DNA from: Candidatus Omnitrophota bacterium
GTDB taxonomy: Bacteria; Omnitrophota; Gorgyraeia; S143-82
Assembly (NCBI GenBank): GCA_015494465.1
Contig: WGBD01000002.1
Location: 67,683 to 131,682, forward strand
Direction: 5' to 3'
Length of the DNA: 64,000 nucleotides
The position numbers and the translations under genes were made by a program. Of the stretch, positions 28,619-41,145 are shown one piece after another. Under the pieces are notes generated by a model. That model had not been told where the DNA came from and ran no database searches. It saw only the letters and a program-made list of their open reading frames with translations. Positions within the stretch are counted from its first letter, which is position 1, and every line of letters begins with the position of its first letter.

Positions 28619-28639
28619 TCCGGGCGGGAATATTGTCAA
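28612..28639 (-). promoter_or_regulatory. sigma70-type promoter of metE-nrd
   Basis: Minus strand TTGACA-16 nt-TACAAT; the -10 overlaps the upstream NrdR box. Confidence 0.7.
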
Positions 28640-29562
28640 CAGATTTTTTGGAATTCTTCCTCTATCAGGCGGATCAATCTCGCGTCCTCTTGGGCCTCCG
28701 CCCCGGGCACGGTGAGATATCCGCCTACCATAAGCCCGTTGGCCCCGCTCAGGAAGGCCAACAACTGCATAGGGCCGAAGACCCGCTCCCTACCGGCGAT
28801 GATGCGTATCTCTTTATCGGGCAGGGCAACCCTGAAGAGGGCAATGGCCTTAAGGGCGGATATCGGATCCAGCGTCTCGAGGCCCTCCAGGGGTGTGCCC
28901 GGGATGGGAATCAGGAAGTTTATCGGGATGGAATCCACATCCAGATCCCGCAGGACCAGGGCCATCTCTATACGGTCTTCCCAATCCTCCCCCATACCTA
29001 TTATACCACCGGAGCAGACCTCAAGTCCCTCCTCTTTGGCCAGACGGATGGTCCTCATCCTGTCCTCAAAGCGGTGGGTGGAGACGATCTTAGGATAGAA
29101 GGAAGGGGATGCCTCTATGTTGTGGTGATAGCGCACCAGCCCCGCGGACTTCAGGGCCCGCAGTTGATCCCGGGAGAGCATCCCCAGAGAGGCGCAGACC
29201 TCCAGCCCAATCGATCTGATCTCAGGGATTACCTCGCATATCCTATCCAGTTCCTCGTCGCTGATACTCTCTCCGCTGGTTACTATACTGAAGCGCTGGG
29301 CGCCAAGGGCCTTCTTGGCCCGGGCGGATTCCAGTATTTCGTCCTTATCCTTTAAAGGATACACCGCTATGTTCGCCCGACTCACCCGGGACTGGGCACA
29401 GTACTTACAATCCCCCGAACAAAGCCCGGAACGGGCGTTCACTATCGAGCAGAGGTACAATCTATTCCCGCAAAACCTGTTGCGCAGTTCGTTGGCAAGG
29501 CATATAATCTCTAAAAGAGGTTTGTGCAACAATTCCTTAAGTTCCCGTTCCATCTCGGCCAT
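28636..29562 (-). CDS. bioB: biotin synthase
   Basis: CSGDCKYCAQS, CASLG, YHHNIE, CSGGIIGMGE, SIPINFL, AGRE. Confidence 0.95.
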   Translation of the reverse strand: MAEMERELKELLHKPLLEIICLANELRNRFCGNRLYLCSIVNARSGLCSGDCKYCAQSRVSRANIAVYPLKDKDEILESARAKKALGAQRFSIVTSGESISDEELDRICEVIPEIRSIGLEVCASLGMLSRDQLRALKSAGLVRYHHNIEASPSFYPKIVSTHRFEDRMRTIRLAKEEGLEVCSGGIIGMGEDWEDRIEMALVLRDLDVDSIPINFLIPIPGTPLEGLETLDPISALKAIALFRVALPDKEIRIIAGRERVFGPMQLLAFLSGANGLMVGGYLTVPGAEAQEDARLIRLIEEEFQKIC

Positions 29563-29602
29563 AGCAATCGGATTATAACCCGTTTAACCGAGGAGGTAAA
29601 CT

Positions 29603-30294
29603 ATGCAGTACGGTATAACCAGTCTGGACCAGGCAGAACTGAGGATACGGGAGTTCGTCTCCGGGGTCTACGGATGGATGGCAGGGGGACTGGCCCTGAC
29701 CGCGGTGGTAGCGATGTCCATCGCCAACAACCCCAACGCGGTGATCTTCCTGGCCACCCACCCCTGGATAATGTGGCTCTTGATCATCGCCCAGATCGCC
29801 ATGGTCTTCAGCCTGTCCATCGCCCGGATGTCCGGGATGACCGCCACCATAATCTTCATCCTCTACTCCGGGATGATGGGGGTGACCCTGTCGGGCATAT
29901 TCCTCGTATACACCAAGACCAGTATCGCCCAGGCCTTCTTCACCACCGCGGGGATGTTCGGGATAATGGCGATATACGGTCACACCACCAAGACGGACCT
30001 GACCCGAGTGGGCCAGATAGGGATGATGGCCCTGATAGGGATCATCCTCGCTTCGTTGATAAACCTCTTCTTCCGCTCTTCCACACTCCAGCTCATCATC
30101 TCCGTAATAGGCGTGATCCTGTTTACCGCCCTCACTGCCTACGATAGCCAGAAGATAAAACAAATCGGTTACGAGGCCTACCAGATGGACGAGAACACCC
30201 TGCAAAGGATGACCATACTGGGGGCACTCGTGCTCTATTTGGACTTCGTCAACCTGTTCCTATATCTGTTACAGCTGATGGGCCGAAGGGAAGA

Positions 30295-30298
<4 letters not shown>
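29603..30298 (+). CDS. Bax inhibitor-1/YccA family membrane protein
   Basis: VYGWMAGGLALT, YGHTTKTDL, TAYDSQKIK, ALVLYLDFVNLF; GGAGG SD. Confidence 0.92.
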
Positions 30299-33045
<2,747 letters not shown>

Positions 33046-33321
33046 CTATATCGTCGGTAATATGTGGAATCCGCTCTGAGAAGGGATCTCCTCTGCATCG
33101 TCCAAAAACCGTTTATCCCGAATGTATCCCAGGAAGTGCCTCTCCAGATCGCTGAGGAAGCTCTGCAGTTGCTCGGGCTCGCCTTCTACGAACATCTCCA
33201 CCTCACCAGTGCGCAGGTTCCTCACCCAACCCGATACGCCCCACCTGTGGGCCAGCATCTTGGAGGTGTACCGGAACCCTACGCCCTGTACCGTGCCGGA
33301 GAAGACGATGTGCCACTTCAT
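33046..33321 (-). CDS. acyP: acylphosphatase
   Basis: GTVQGVGFR, GWVRN. Confidence 0.93.
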   Translation of the reverse strand: MKWHIVFSGTVQGVGFRYTSKMLAHRWGVSGWVRNLRTGEVEMFVEGEPEQLQSFLSDLERHFLGYIRDKRFLDDAEEIPSQSGFHILPTI

Positions 33322-33362
33322 ATTACGATTATACCACAGGAGCGAGTAGGCGTTGGACGGGC

Positions 33363-34124
33363 TTACTCCCGGCGGACTGGGGCAGGTTGAACCAAGTCAT
33401 CTTGGGCAGTGGTTTTAGATCTCATCCGCCACCATAGGAGCTTGCTGATGAGGATCAGATAGAGAACGACCTCCTTCCAATCCAACTTGCTTTGGCCGTA
33501 ATGGCGCACGCCAAAGTGAATCGGGACCTCCACCACCTTCGCGGACCTGGCCTTTACCAGTATCTCCAGCAGTACCTTGTATCCGATCAGATACCAGTCC
33601 GAGATCGACTCCAAGACCCAGCGCTTCACCGCAAAGAACCCGCTCATCGGATCCTTGACCGGCGTAAATGGGGAGGCCAAAAGGGTGGCTACATGGGACA
33701 TCAGGTTTCGGTTGTGGCTCCACTTGGGATCTATGTCTCCACCCACGAAGCGACTGCCCACCACTACATCTGCCCCCTTTTCCAGTTCCTCTATCATCCT
33801 AGGGATCACCTCGGGGTCGTGCTGGCCGTCCGCATCCAGACACACCAGGTAATCACCTTCCGAGGAGAGAAAGCCCGTTAGGACCGCAGAGGCAAGTCCC
33901 ATCTTCTTGGGCCTGCGGATCAGCTTTATGGGATAGGTAGCGCTCATCGCCTTCACTACCTCGTAGGTGCGATCAGGGGAGTTGTCGTCTACGACCACTA
34001 TCTCGTAATCGTAGGGCTCCAAGGTGTAGGCGATCTTGCTCAAGAGAGGCCCGATGTTCTCCCTCTCGTTGTAAGAGGCGAGGACCACCGAGATCTTGGG
34101 TGAGTTGCCCAAATCAGCCTTCAA
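33363..34124 (-). CDS. polyprenol-phosphate mannosyltransferase-like GT2 (Dpm1/Ppm1)
   Basis: SYNEREN, VDDNSPD, DADGQH, VGSRF, DPMSGFF, R..GQSKL. Confidence 0.85.
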   Translation of the reverse strand: MKADLGNSPKISVVLASYNERENIGPLLSKIAYTLEPYDYEIVVVDDNSPDRTYEVVKAMSATYPIKLIRRPKKMGLASAVLTGFLSSEGDYLVCLDADGQHDPEVIPRMIEELEKGADVVVGSRFVGGDIDPKWSHNRNLMSHVATLLASPFTPVKDPMSGFFAVKRWVLESISDWYLIGYKVLLEILVKARSAKVVEVPIHFGVRHYGQSKLDWKEVVLYLILISKLLWWRMRSKTTAQDDLVQPAPVRRE

Positions 34125-35307
34125 AAGGTAGCCCCCACAGTTTTATGAAGCCTTCCGCTGCGGAGTGATCGAAGGTGTCGGATTCGTCGTAAGAGGCAAG
34201 GCTCTTCTTGTAGCGGGTGTAAGGGGACTTCCTCCCTACCACCTGGACCCAACCCGGACCTATCTTAAGCCTTACCACACCGCTGACCCTCTCCTGAGTG
34301 ACGTCCACGAACGCGCTCATCGCCCGGCGCAGGGGTGAATACCACAGGCCGTAATAGACCAGCTGGGCAAATCGATTGGCCATGTTGTCCTTGAAGAACA
34401 GGGTATCCCTATCCAGGACCAACATCTCCAATTCCCTGTGGGCAAGGTACAATATGTGACCTGCCGGTGCCTCGTAGACCTCACGGGACTTTATCCCTAC
34501 CAACCTATCCTCCACCATGTCTATCCTGCCCACGCCGTACTCTCCGCCTAGCTTGTTCAGTTCCTTGATAAGCGATTCGCCGGAAAGCCTTTTGCCATTG
34601 AGGGCAACGGGTATCCCCTTGCGAAATTCTATCTCCACATAGGTCGGGCTCTTCCTCACCTCTGCGGGGTCCTTGGTGATCTGGAAGGCATCCTTGGGTG
34701 GCTCCGCATAGGGATCCTCCAAGATACCGCACTCTATGCTCACCCCCCACAGATTCTCGTCTATGCTGTAGACCTTCTTCTTGCTGACATCTATGGGGAT
34801 ACCGTGGAGTCGGCAGTAATCCACCTCCTCTTCTCGGGAGCGAAACTCCCACTCCCTGACCGGGGCTATTATCTTCAACTTGGGATCCAGCATCCTGACC
34901 GCCAGCTCTATACGCACCTGATCGTTGCCCTTCCCCGTACATCCGTGGGCGACTGCAACTGCCCCTTCCTTGTGGGCCACCTCTACCAGGTACTTACCTA
35001 TGAGTGGCCTGCCCAGGGCGGTGGCGAGGTAATACTTCCCCTCGTAGACCGCCCCTGCCTTTAAGGTGGGCCAGATGAAGTCTTCTATGAACTCCTTGCG
35101 CAGGTTCTTCACATACAACTTGGTGGCCCCGGCAGCCTTTGCCCGCTTCCGGGCGATCTCGACATCCAAGGCCTGTCCCAGATCCGCCATAAAGCAGACC
35201 ACATCCCAGCCCCGATCCTTCAACCAGCGCACACAACAGGAGGTATCCAGGCCCCCCGAATAGGCCAAGACGACCTTCTTATTCTTCTTTCTCACGCTTT
35301 TTGCCAT
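34114..35307 (-). CDS. argG: argininosuccinate synthase
   Basis: LAYSGGLDTS, HGCTGKGNDQVR, SIDENLWG, KSREVYEAP. Confidence 0.97.
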   Translation of the reverse strand: MAKSVRKKNKKVVLAYSGGLDTSCCVRWLKDRGWDVVCFMADLGQALDVEIARKRAKAAGATKLYVKNLRKEFIEDFIWPTLKAGAVYEGKYYLATALGRPLIGKYLVEVAHKEGAVAVAHGCTGKGNDQVRIELAVRMLDPKLKIIAPVREWEFRSREEEVDYCRLHGIPIDVSKKKVYSIDENLWGVSIECGILEDPYAEPPKDAFQITKDPAEVRKSPTYVEIEFRKGIPVALNGKRLSGESLIKELNKLGGEYGVGRIDMVEDRLVGIKSREVYEAPAGHILYLAHRELEMLVLDRDTLFFKDNMANRFAQLVYYGLWYSPLRRAMSAFVDVTQERVSGVVRLKIGPGWVQVVGRKSPYTRYKKSLASYDESDTFDHSAAEGFIKLWGLPFEG

Positions 35308-37498
35308 CCTCGTTACCTCCTATGGTCCTAGCGATTATATCATTCCAAAACCCGTGAGGATAGTTCTCGCAGTTTACCGCATCGGTCAACACGCAATTGA
35401 CGAATTCCGGATAGGGGATATTTGCCCCCTCAGCCTTGGAGTTGACGCTTCCTACCAGATAGGCCTTGGCATCTACTTTCTGGCCCAGATGGTATAGGGC
35501 AACCCCTTGATTGAAAAGGTTTATGTCCAGACGGTGGGCAAAGCGGAAGATCAACCGTTCCCAGTTGAGGGCCAATCGGTACTTTCCCTCTTCGTAGAGG
35601 TCCTCCGCATGCCTCCGAGCAAGGAACAGAACGGTGGAGAGGTAGACCGAGGGCATTCGCTCCAGGGCGCTGAGGGAACCGATGTAGGTGCGATAACCGT
35701 AGTGGTAATCGCTTTCCGCCAAGAGTATGGTATTCATGTGCTCGCTTACGCTGTCGTACCAGGCCTTGTGTACCTCCTTGGCGATCTCCAGGACCTTCTT
35801 GCACTCTTCTATGTGCCCGGTGTAAAGGAGGAACCTCAACATCACATCCTGGGTGTAGCGGAACAACACGAACTCCCGTTTAAACTTATCCCAATCGGGA
35901 TCGTGCCAACCCAGCTCTGGAGCAACGCCCTTTCTGACCAAGGCCACACCCCCGGTGTCCCAGTAGACGGGTCTCCAGTCAGGCTGATCCAGGAGCATCC
36001 ACAACAATCCCCAGTGGGTATAGGAGATAAGGGCGACATCCGCCTCCTTTAGCACCTCCTGGATGGGGATGCCCATCTTCTCGTACCGGCCGGTGCTCAT
36101 GTTGTAATAATCCATAAAGTGCTTGCCCATACGGGTATCGATGAAGACCTTGAACTTGGGATAGCCCTTCAACATAACATAGGAACCCACTCCGTAGCTG
36201 TTGATCATCTTGTAAGGGCCACCCGGGAGGTTCTTCTTCAAGAACTCCAGCTCCCGCACCGGCACCCAAGGCCCGTCGCCCACATAGGTGTAACTGGGGA
36301 TCCGTTCTACGCACCCCACCAACAGGAAGTAGATAAAAATCACCGAGACGAGTTCCATCAGGTACCACCAAAGAGTCTTCCACTTCAGCCCTCTGAGCCA
36401 ATAGGTCAAAGAGAAGGCAGAGAAAACCCCAAAGGTGTAGGTGAACCTACCGAACGACAAGGACAGCTTCGCAAATACCAATCCCAGCACCAGTAGGTCC
36501 CAGGGACATGACCTTAAGGCCTCGAAAAGGGAATCCTTATCTCGAGATTCCCAATACCGCCTCAATCCTGGATAGGCCAACGCCCCGAAGACGACGACTA
36601 TGGAGATCAGGCCAAAGAGAAATCCCAAGAAGTACATGCTGTTCAGGTTCGGCTTCAAGGGGGAAAAGGCCATTATGTGCTTCGCACTCTCTGCCAAAGG
36701 CTCGTTGGGCCCAAGGCCGATTATTTTCAGCAGGGCCTTGCCCACGAACTTGGAGGCGATAAACCTGGCATAGAACAGGGGCTTGGGAGTAATGAACAAG
36801 GCGACAGAAGAAAGTACCCACATCAGGAACAAGTGCTTTCCCAGTCTGCGATTACCGTTCAGGAAGAACTCCACGAAGGCCATGAGAAGGATCGTCCCCC
36901 AACCGATGACCACTGCGATGTGGGAATTGGCCCAGATCAAGGTGATGAGGGGAATAGACCACAGGAGCTTTAGTCGTCCCGTGAGCTTAGCGAAGTAATA
37001 GACGAAGACGAGGGCGGAAAACAGAGGTGCGGAAAACATGTCCGCCTTCAGCATCATCCCGTTTCTGCTCAGCATCAACATCAACAGGAGTAGATAGAGA
37101 AAGGTGATCCGAATACTGGACCTGGCTTCGTAGGCCAAGACGAAGAGAAGGATACCCATGAAGAACAACAACAAGATCCTCAAGGAATATATGTAGGTGA
37201 GCTCCTCTCCTCCCAGTTTGTACAAGAGATAAAAGCTCACCTGGGGAATCCAAGCGGGGTACAGTCCCACATCCGAGTAGTGGACCCAGGTGAAGTCGTT
37301 CTCGTCTACTCTCAAGCTCTTGTGTCTCAGGATCTCCTTCCCGTAGGCAGTGTGGAAGTAGATGTCCCCGTCTATCGTGGCATTAGAATACAACAGGATC
37401 AAGGCTATAAAGGACAAAGCCACCAAACAGGCAAAGGCCACCTTTTGAAACAACGAGAGAAGATTAGCGTCTTTCCACATTGCTATTCGCATCTGCAT
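35279..37498 (-). CDS. multi-pass membrane protein, putative GT-C glycosyltransferase with helical C-terminal domain
   Basis: First loop DGDIYFH, about 11 TM helices, IWANSH, soluble C-terminus with FIDTR and TPR-like end. Confidence 0.5.
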   Translation of the reverse strand: MQMRIAMWKDANLLSLFQKVAFACLVALSFIALILLYSNATIDGDIYFHTAYGKEILRHKSLRVDENDFTWVHYSDVGLYPAWIPQVSFYLLYKLGGEELTYIYSLRILLLFFMGILLFVLAYEARSSIRITFLYLLLLMLMLSRNGMMLKADMFSAPLFSALVFVYYFAKLTGRLKLLWSIPLITLIWANSHIAVVIGWGTILLMAFVEFFLNGNRRLGKHLFLMWVLSSVALFITPKPLFYARFIASKFVGKALLKIIGLGPNEPLAESAKHIMAFSPLKPNLNSMYFLGFLFGLISIVVVFGALAYPGLRRYWESRDKDSLFEALRSCPWDLLVLGLVFAKLSLSFGRFTYTFGVFSAFSLTYWLRGLKWKTLWWYLMELVSVIFIYFLLVGCVERIPSYTYVGDGPWVPVRELEFLKKNLPGGPYKMINSYGVGSYVMLKGYPKFKVFIDTRMGKHFMDYYNMSTGRYEKMGIPIQEVLKEADVALISYTHWGLLWMLLDQPDWRPVYWDTGGVALVRKGVAPELGWHDPDWDKFKREFVLFRYTQDVMLRFLLYTGHIEECKKVLEIAKEVHKAWYDSVSEHMNTILLAESDYHYGYRTYIGSLSALERMPSVYLSTVLFLARRHAEDLYEEGKYRLALNWERLIFRFAHRLDINLFNQGVALYHLGQKVDAKAYLVGSVNSKAEGANIPYPEFVNCVLTDAVNCENYPHGFWNDIIARTIGGNEDGKKREKEE

Positions 37499-38307
37499 GT
37501 GCCTGTTCCCCCCCAGTTTACCCAGACATACTGCTTGTTATCGTCGTCGCCCACTTCCAACTTCACCATCTGCTTCAGGACATTGACCTCCACTACTTTC
37601 CCCTTCTCCCCCTCAAGCCTCACTACTTGCCCAAGCTTAGGCATATCCTTCAAGGCCTCTCTATACAGGTCCCATTCGTATCCCAGACAGCACATCAACC
37701 TACCGCATATCCCGGATATCTTATTAGGATTCAAGGAGAGGTTCTGATCCTTTGCCATCTTTATGGACATGGACCTGAACTCCCGCAGGAACAGGGAACA
37801 ACACACCTCCCGTCCACAGATTCCCAGGCCTCCTAGCATCTTTGCCCCGTCGCGCACCCCTATCTGGCGCATCTCTATCCGGGTTCTAAAGGTCCGGGCA
37901 AGGTCCCGCACTAACTGGCGAAAGTCCACCCTCTCCTCGGATACGAAGTAGACGATGAGCTTTCCCTTATCGAAGGTATACTCCGCAGATATGAGGTTCA
38001 TGTCCAGGTTGTGATAGTTGATCTTGTCCTTGATTATCCGCAGGACCTCGGGTATAGAGGCCTGCAAAGACTCGATCTTCTCCTTATCCTCTTCACTGGC
38101 CTTCCTGACGATCTGATGTACTGGACTGACCGGCTCTTCTAAGAAAAGAGAAGAGACCACCTCACCCCAATCCGTGCCCTTGTCGTCCTTCAGTATCACC
38201 AGATCGTCTGCAGATATGTCTTCTTCACAGGCCTTTCGGGCGTAAACTACCGGCCCGTGTCTCCTTATCCTGACCTGATAGAGTATCTCCTCACTCATCT
38301 CGCACAC
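37483..38307 (-). CDS. PSP1/RicT (YaaT) domain protein
   Basis: RVDFRQLVRDLA, RIEMRQIGVRD, CGREVCC, SGICGRLMCCLGYE. Confidence 0.92.
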   Translation of the reverse strand: MCEMSEEILYQVRIRRHGPVVYARKACEEDISADDLVILKDDKGTDWGEVVSSLFLEEPVSPVHQIVRKASEEDKEKIESLQASIPEVLRIIKDKINYHNLDMNLISAEYTFDKGKLIVYFVSEERVDFRQLVRDLARTFRTRIEMRQIGVRDGAKMLGGLGICGREVCCSLFLREFRSMSIKMAKDQNLSLNPNKISGICGRLMCCLGYEWDLYREALKDMPKLGQVVRLEGEKGKVVEVNVLKQMVKLEVGDDDNKQYVWVNWGGTGTCRCE

Positions 38308-39140
38308 TCCATTCCCGCTGAAAGCCTGGCCTCGAGCAGAGCGAGGTTGGCCATCTCCGCATTGGCGTAGGCCTCAAAGACCAACTCACCTGCCCCTATC
38401 CAGGCGCCTATGTCCCTGCAAGATTTGTCGAACAGCCCATAGGCCACCTCTTTTACAACCCGATTCGCCAAGGCATCGTGCAGGGCCATCGCGTAATAGC
38501 GCATCCCTAAGTCCACCCTCGCCCTATCCTTTATCAACTGAGGGCGCCCCCGTATCGTGCCCATCGCTTTACGAAACTTTTCTTTAGCCGAGTCCAGATC
38601 TTCGTCCAACAAGGGTCTAAATCTCCCTTCGCTGTAGCGCCAATCCGCCCTCTCACAATTCACCTTAGGCACCCCAAAACGCAAGGACAGACACCGCGAA
38701 CGGATGGTCGCCGGGACCCGGGAAGGCCTGCTGGTTATTAAGATAAAGACCAGCTCCCCGGGAGGCTCCTCCAGGAGTTTGAGAAAGGCGTTGGCGCAGA
38801 CCGCATTCATCCTGTGGGCGTCGTCTATCAACGCGAACTTCCGCTCTCCGTAGGCAGGGCGTTTGTAGGCAAACTCCCTGATCGCGGAAAGGTCCCCTAC
38901 GAGGATCTCGTCCCCGTTCTTTTCCAGGAAGAGGACATCCGGGTGGGCGCCCATCTCTATCAAGCGATGTTGATCCGCAGGATAAAAGGTCTTGATCCAG
39001 ATCTTGGCCAGGAGCCGTTTCCCCACCCCTTCGGGACCAACGAACAGAAGTCCCCGGGGGATAGTTCCCTTATCCCGCAAGGTGGCAAGGAACCTCCACT
39101 GGACCTCGTGGCCTATAACCTCTTTTTCACTTCCTGCCAT
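38295..39140 (-). CDS. holB: DNA polymerase III delta' subunit
   Basis: GPEGVGK, HPDV, ANAFLKLLEEP, TIRSRC; tmk-holB-PSP1 order. Confidence 0.9.
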   Translation of the reverse strand: MAGSEKEVIGHEVQWRFLATLRDKGTIPRGLLFVGPEGVGKRLLAKIWIKTFYPADQHRLIEMGAHPDVLFLEKNGDEILVGDLSAIREFAYKRPAYGERKFALIDDAHRMNAVCANAFLKLLEEPPGELVFILITSRPSRVPATIRSRCLSLRFGVPKVNCERADWRYSEGRFRPLLDEDLDSAKEKFRKAMGTIRGRPQLIKDRARVDLGMRYYAMALHDALANRVVKEVAYGLFDKSCRDIGAWIGAGELVFEAYANAEMANLALLEARLSAGMECAR

Positions 39141-39718
39141 ACCTCTTCACACACCTCCTCTAACGGCCTCCGAGAGTCCACCAACAGCATCCTCTCCGGG
39201 AAGACCTCTACCAAGTCTCTATAGGCCTGAATGACCTTCTCTAGAAAGTGGACCCCTCGGGACTCTACCTTGTCCTTCTCCCTAGCCTCCAATCTGGCGA
39301 GGATGTCCTCGACATCCGAATCCAAGACCACGGTAAAGGTCGGGAACACCGATCCAAAGAACTCTACTAAGACCCTCAAGACCTTATCCACCCCCAACCC
39401 CATTACCGCCCCTTGATACACGAGGGTAGAATCCACATAGCGGTCCATCACCACTATCTTGCCTGCCTTCAGGGCAGGCAAAATCAACTCCTCCACCAAC
39501 TGGGCCCTCGCGGACAGGTATAGGAACAACTCCGCCTTGGGACAGATGTTGATGGACTCGTCGCGCAACAACAACAGACGGATCCTCTCACCCAGCCCCG
39601 TGGAGCCTGGCTCCCTCACCAAGAGGACCTCTCTACCCATCTCTTGGAGCCTGTCCTTTATGTATCCCGCGACGGAACTCTTCCCGGTCCCGTCAGCGCC
39701 TTCCACTGAGATAATCAT
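39113..39718 (-). CDS. tmk: thymidylate kinase
   Basis: EGADGTGKSS, REPG, DRYVDSTLVYQG. Confidence 0.95.
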   Translation of the reverse strand: MIISVEGADGTGKSSVAGYIKDRLQEMGREVLLVREPGSTGLGERIRLLLLRDESINICPKAELFLYLSARAQLVEELILPALKAGKIVVMDRYVDSTLVYQGAVMGLGVDKVLRVLVEFFGSVFPTFTVVLDSDVEDILARLEAREKDKVESRGVHFLEKVIQAYRDLVEVFPERMLLVDSRRPLEEVCEEVWQEVKKRL

Positions 39719-41115
39719 TTATAGAACCACCTACTCCCTTGCTTGGTATCCTCCAGCCCTATTCCCCGCTGGGACAGGAGCTCCCGTATCTCGTCCGCCA
39801 GAGCGAACTCCTTATGCTCCCTTAACTTTTGGCGAGCAGAGACCAAGGCCTGCAAGAGGGCCTCGTCAAGACCACCGATTCCGCTCTTTATCTCGGGTTC
39901 AATAAACAAGGTCTGGAAGACCTCGGAGGCAGAGAATAGTAACTCCTTTGAGGACCGCCCCTCTTTTAATGCCTCCATACTCTCACCGATGACCCTGAAG
40001 AGCACGCCAAGGGCCTTTGGGGTGTTAAGGTCGTCCGCCAGGGCCTTCCTCACCTCCCAGCGCAGTTCCCTAGCCAGACTGTCCAGCTCCTGGGAACGAG
40101 AGCCCTGACGCAGTAAGAGGGCGTACCAGAGGTCTATCCTCTCCTGCATCCGGGCGACCTCCTTCATCTTCTCTTCGGAGAAGTCTATCGGACTGCGGTA
40201 GTGGGAGGTAAGATACCACAGCCTCCAATACCGGGCAGGATACCGGGAGAGTGCATCTTTTAAGGTGAGGAAGTTCCCCAGGGACTTGGACATCTTCTCG
40301 CCCTCTACCGTCACCATTCCGTGATGTATCCAGTATCGGGCGAACTCACCGCCTATAACCGGTTCCGCCTCTGCAATCTCGTTCTCGTGGTGGGGGAATA
40401 TCAGGTCCAGCCCCCCGCCATGTATGTCAAACCCCGGGCCCAAGAGATTCGTGCTCATCACTGCGCACTCCAGATGCCAGCCCGGCCGACCCAATCCCCA
40501 AGGACTGGGCCAAGCCGGCTCACCCTCCTTTTTCGCCTTCCAGAGGGCAAAGTCCAGGGGATCGCGCTTGTCCTCCTCTATCTCCTTCCTCACGCCTTGG
40601 GCCAACTCCTCTAGCCTCCTGCCCGACAACTTTCCGTAACCCCTAAACCTCTGCACCGAGTAGTAGACATTGCCCTGATCCGTCGCGTAGGCATACCCCA
40701 GAGAGATTAATCTCTCGACGAACCCTATCATCTCCTCTATGTACTCCGTGGCCCGGGGCTCGACATCCGCCAGAGGAAGGCCGAGGCCTGCGAGGTCCTG
40801 CCGGTAGGAATCTATGTACTCCTCAACGAAGTCGTTCAGAGCCTCGATGGTGACCTCCCGTCCACCGATCCGTTCCCTTATCCGAGCTATAATCTTGTCG
40901 TCCACATCGGTTATGTTCCTGACGAACCTCACCTCGTAGCCCTCTCCTTCCAGAAAACGCTTCAGAAGAGAAAAGACGAAGAGGCTCCTCCCGTGCCCGA
41001 TGTGGCAGTGATCGTACACCGTCACCCCGCAGGCGTACATACCCACCCGGTGCGGGGTCTTAGGGAGGAATACCTCCTTCTTCCCTCCAAGGGTATTCAA
41101 CAAAGATATCTCCAT
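39715..41115 (-). CDS. cysS: cysteine--tRNA ligase
   Basis: CGVTVYD, HIGH, DFALWK, GWHLEC, KMSKS. Confidence 0.97.
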   Translation of the reverse strand: MEISLLNTLGGKKEVFLPKTPHRVGMYACGVTVYDHCHIGHGRSLFVFSLLKRFLEGEGYEVRFVRNITDVDDKIIARIRERIGGREVTIEALNDFVEEYIDSYRQDLAGLGLPLADVEPRATEYIEEMIGFVERLISLGYAYATDQGNVYYSVQRFRGYGKLSGRRLEELAQGVRKEIEEDKRDPLDFALWKAKKEGEPAWPSPWGLGRPGWHLECAVMSTNLLGPGFDIHGGGLDLIFPHHENEIAEAEPVIGGEFARYWIHHGMVTVEGEKMSKSLGNFLTLKDALSRYPARYWRLWYLTSHYRSPIDFSEEKMKEVARMQERIDLWYALLLRQGSRSQELDSLARELRWEVRKALADDLNTPKALGVLFRVIGESMEALKEGRSSKELLFSASEVFQTLFIEPEIKSGIGGLDEALLQALVSARQKLREHKEFALADEIRELLSQRGIGLEDTKQGSRWFYK

Positions 41116-41145
41116 AACCGGCTCCTAAGGTAAAATAGCCTAATA

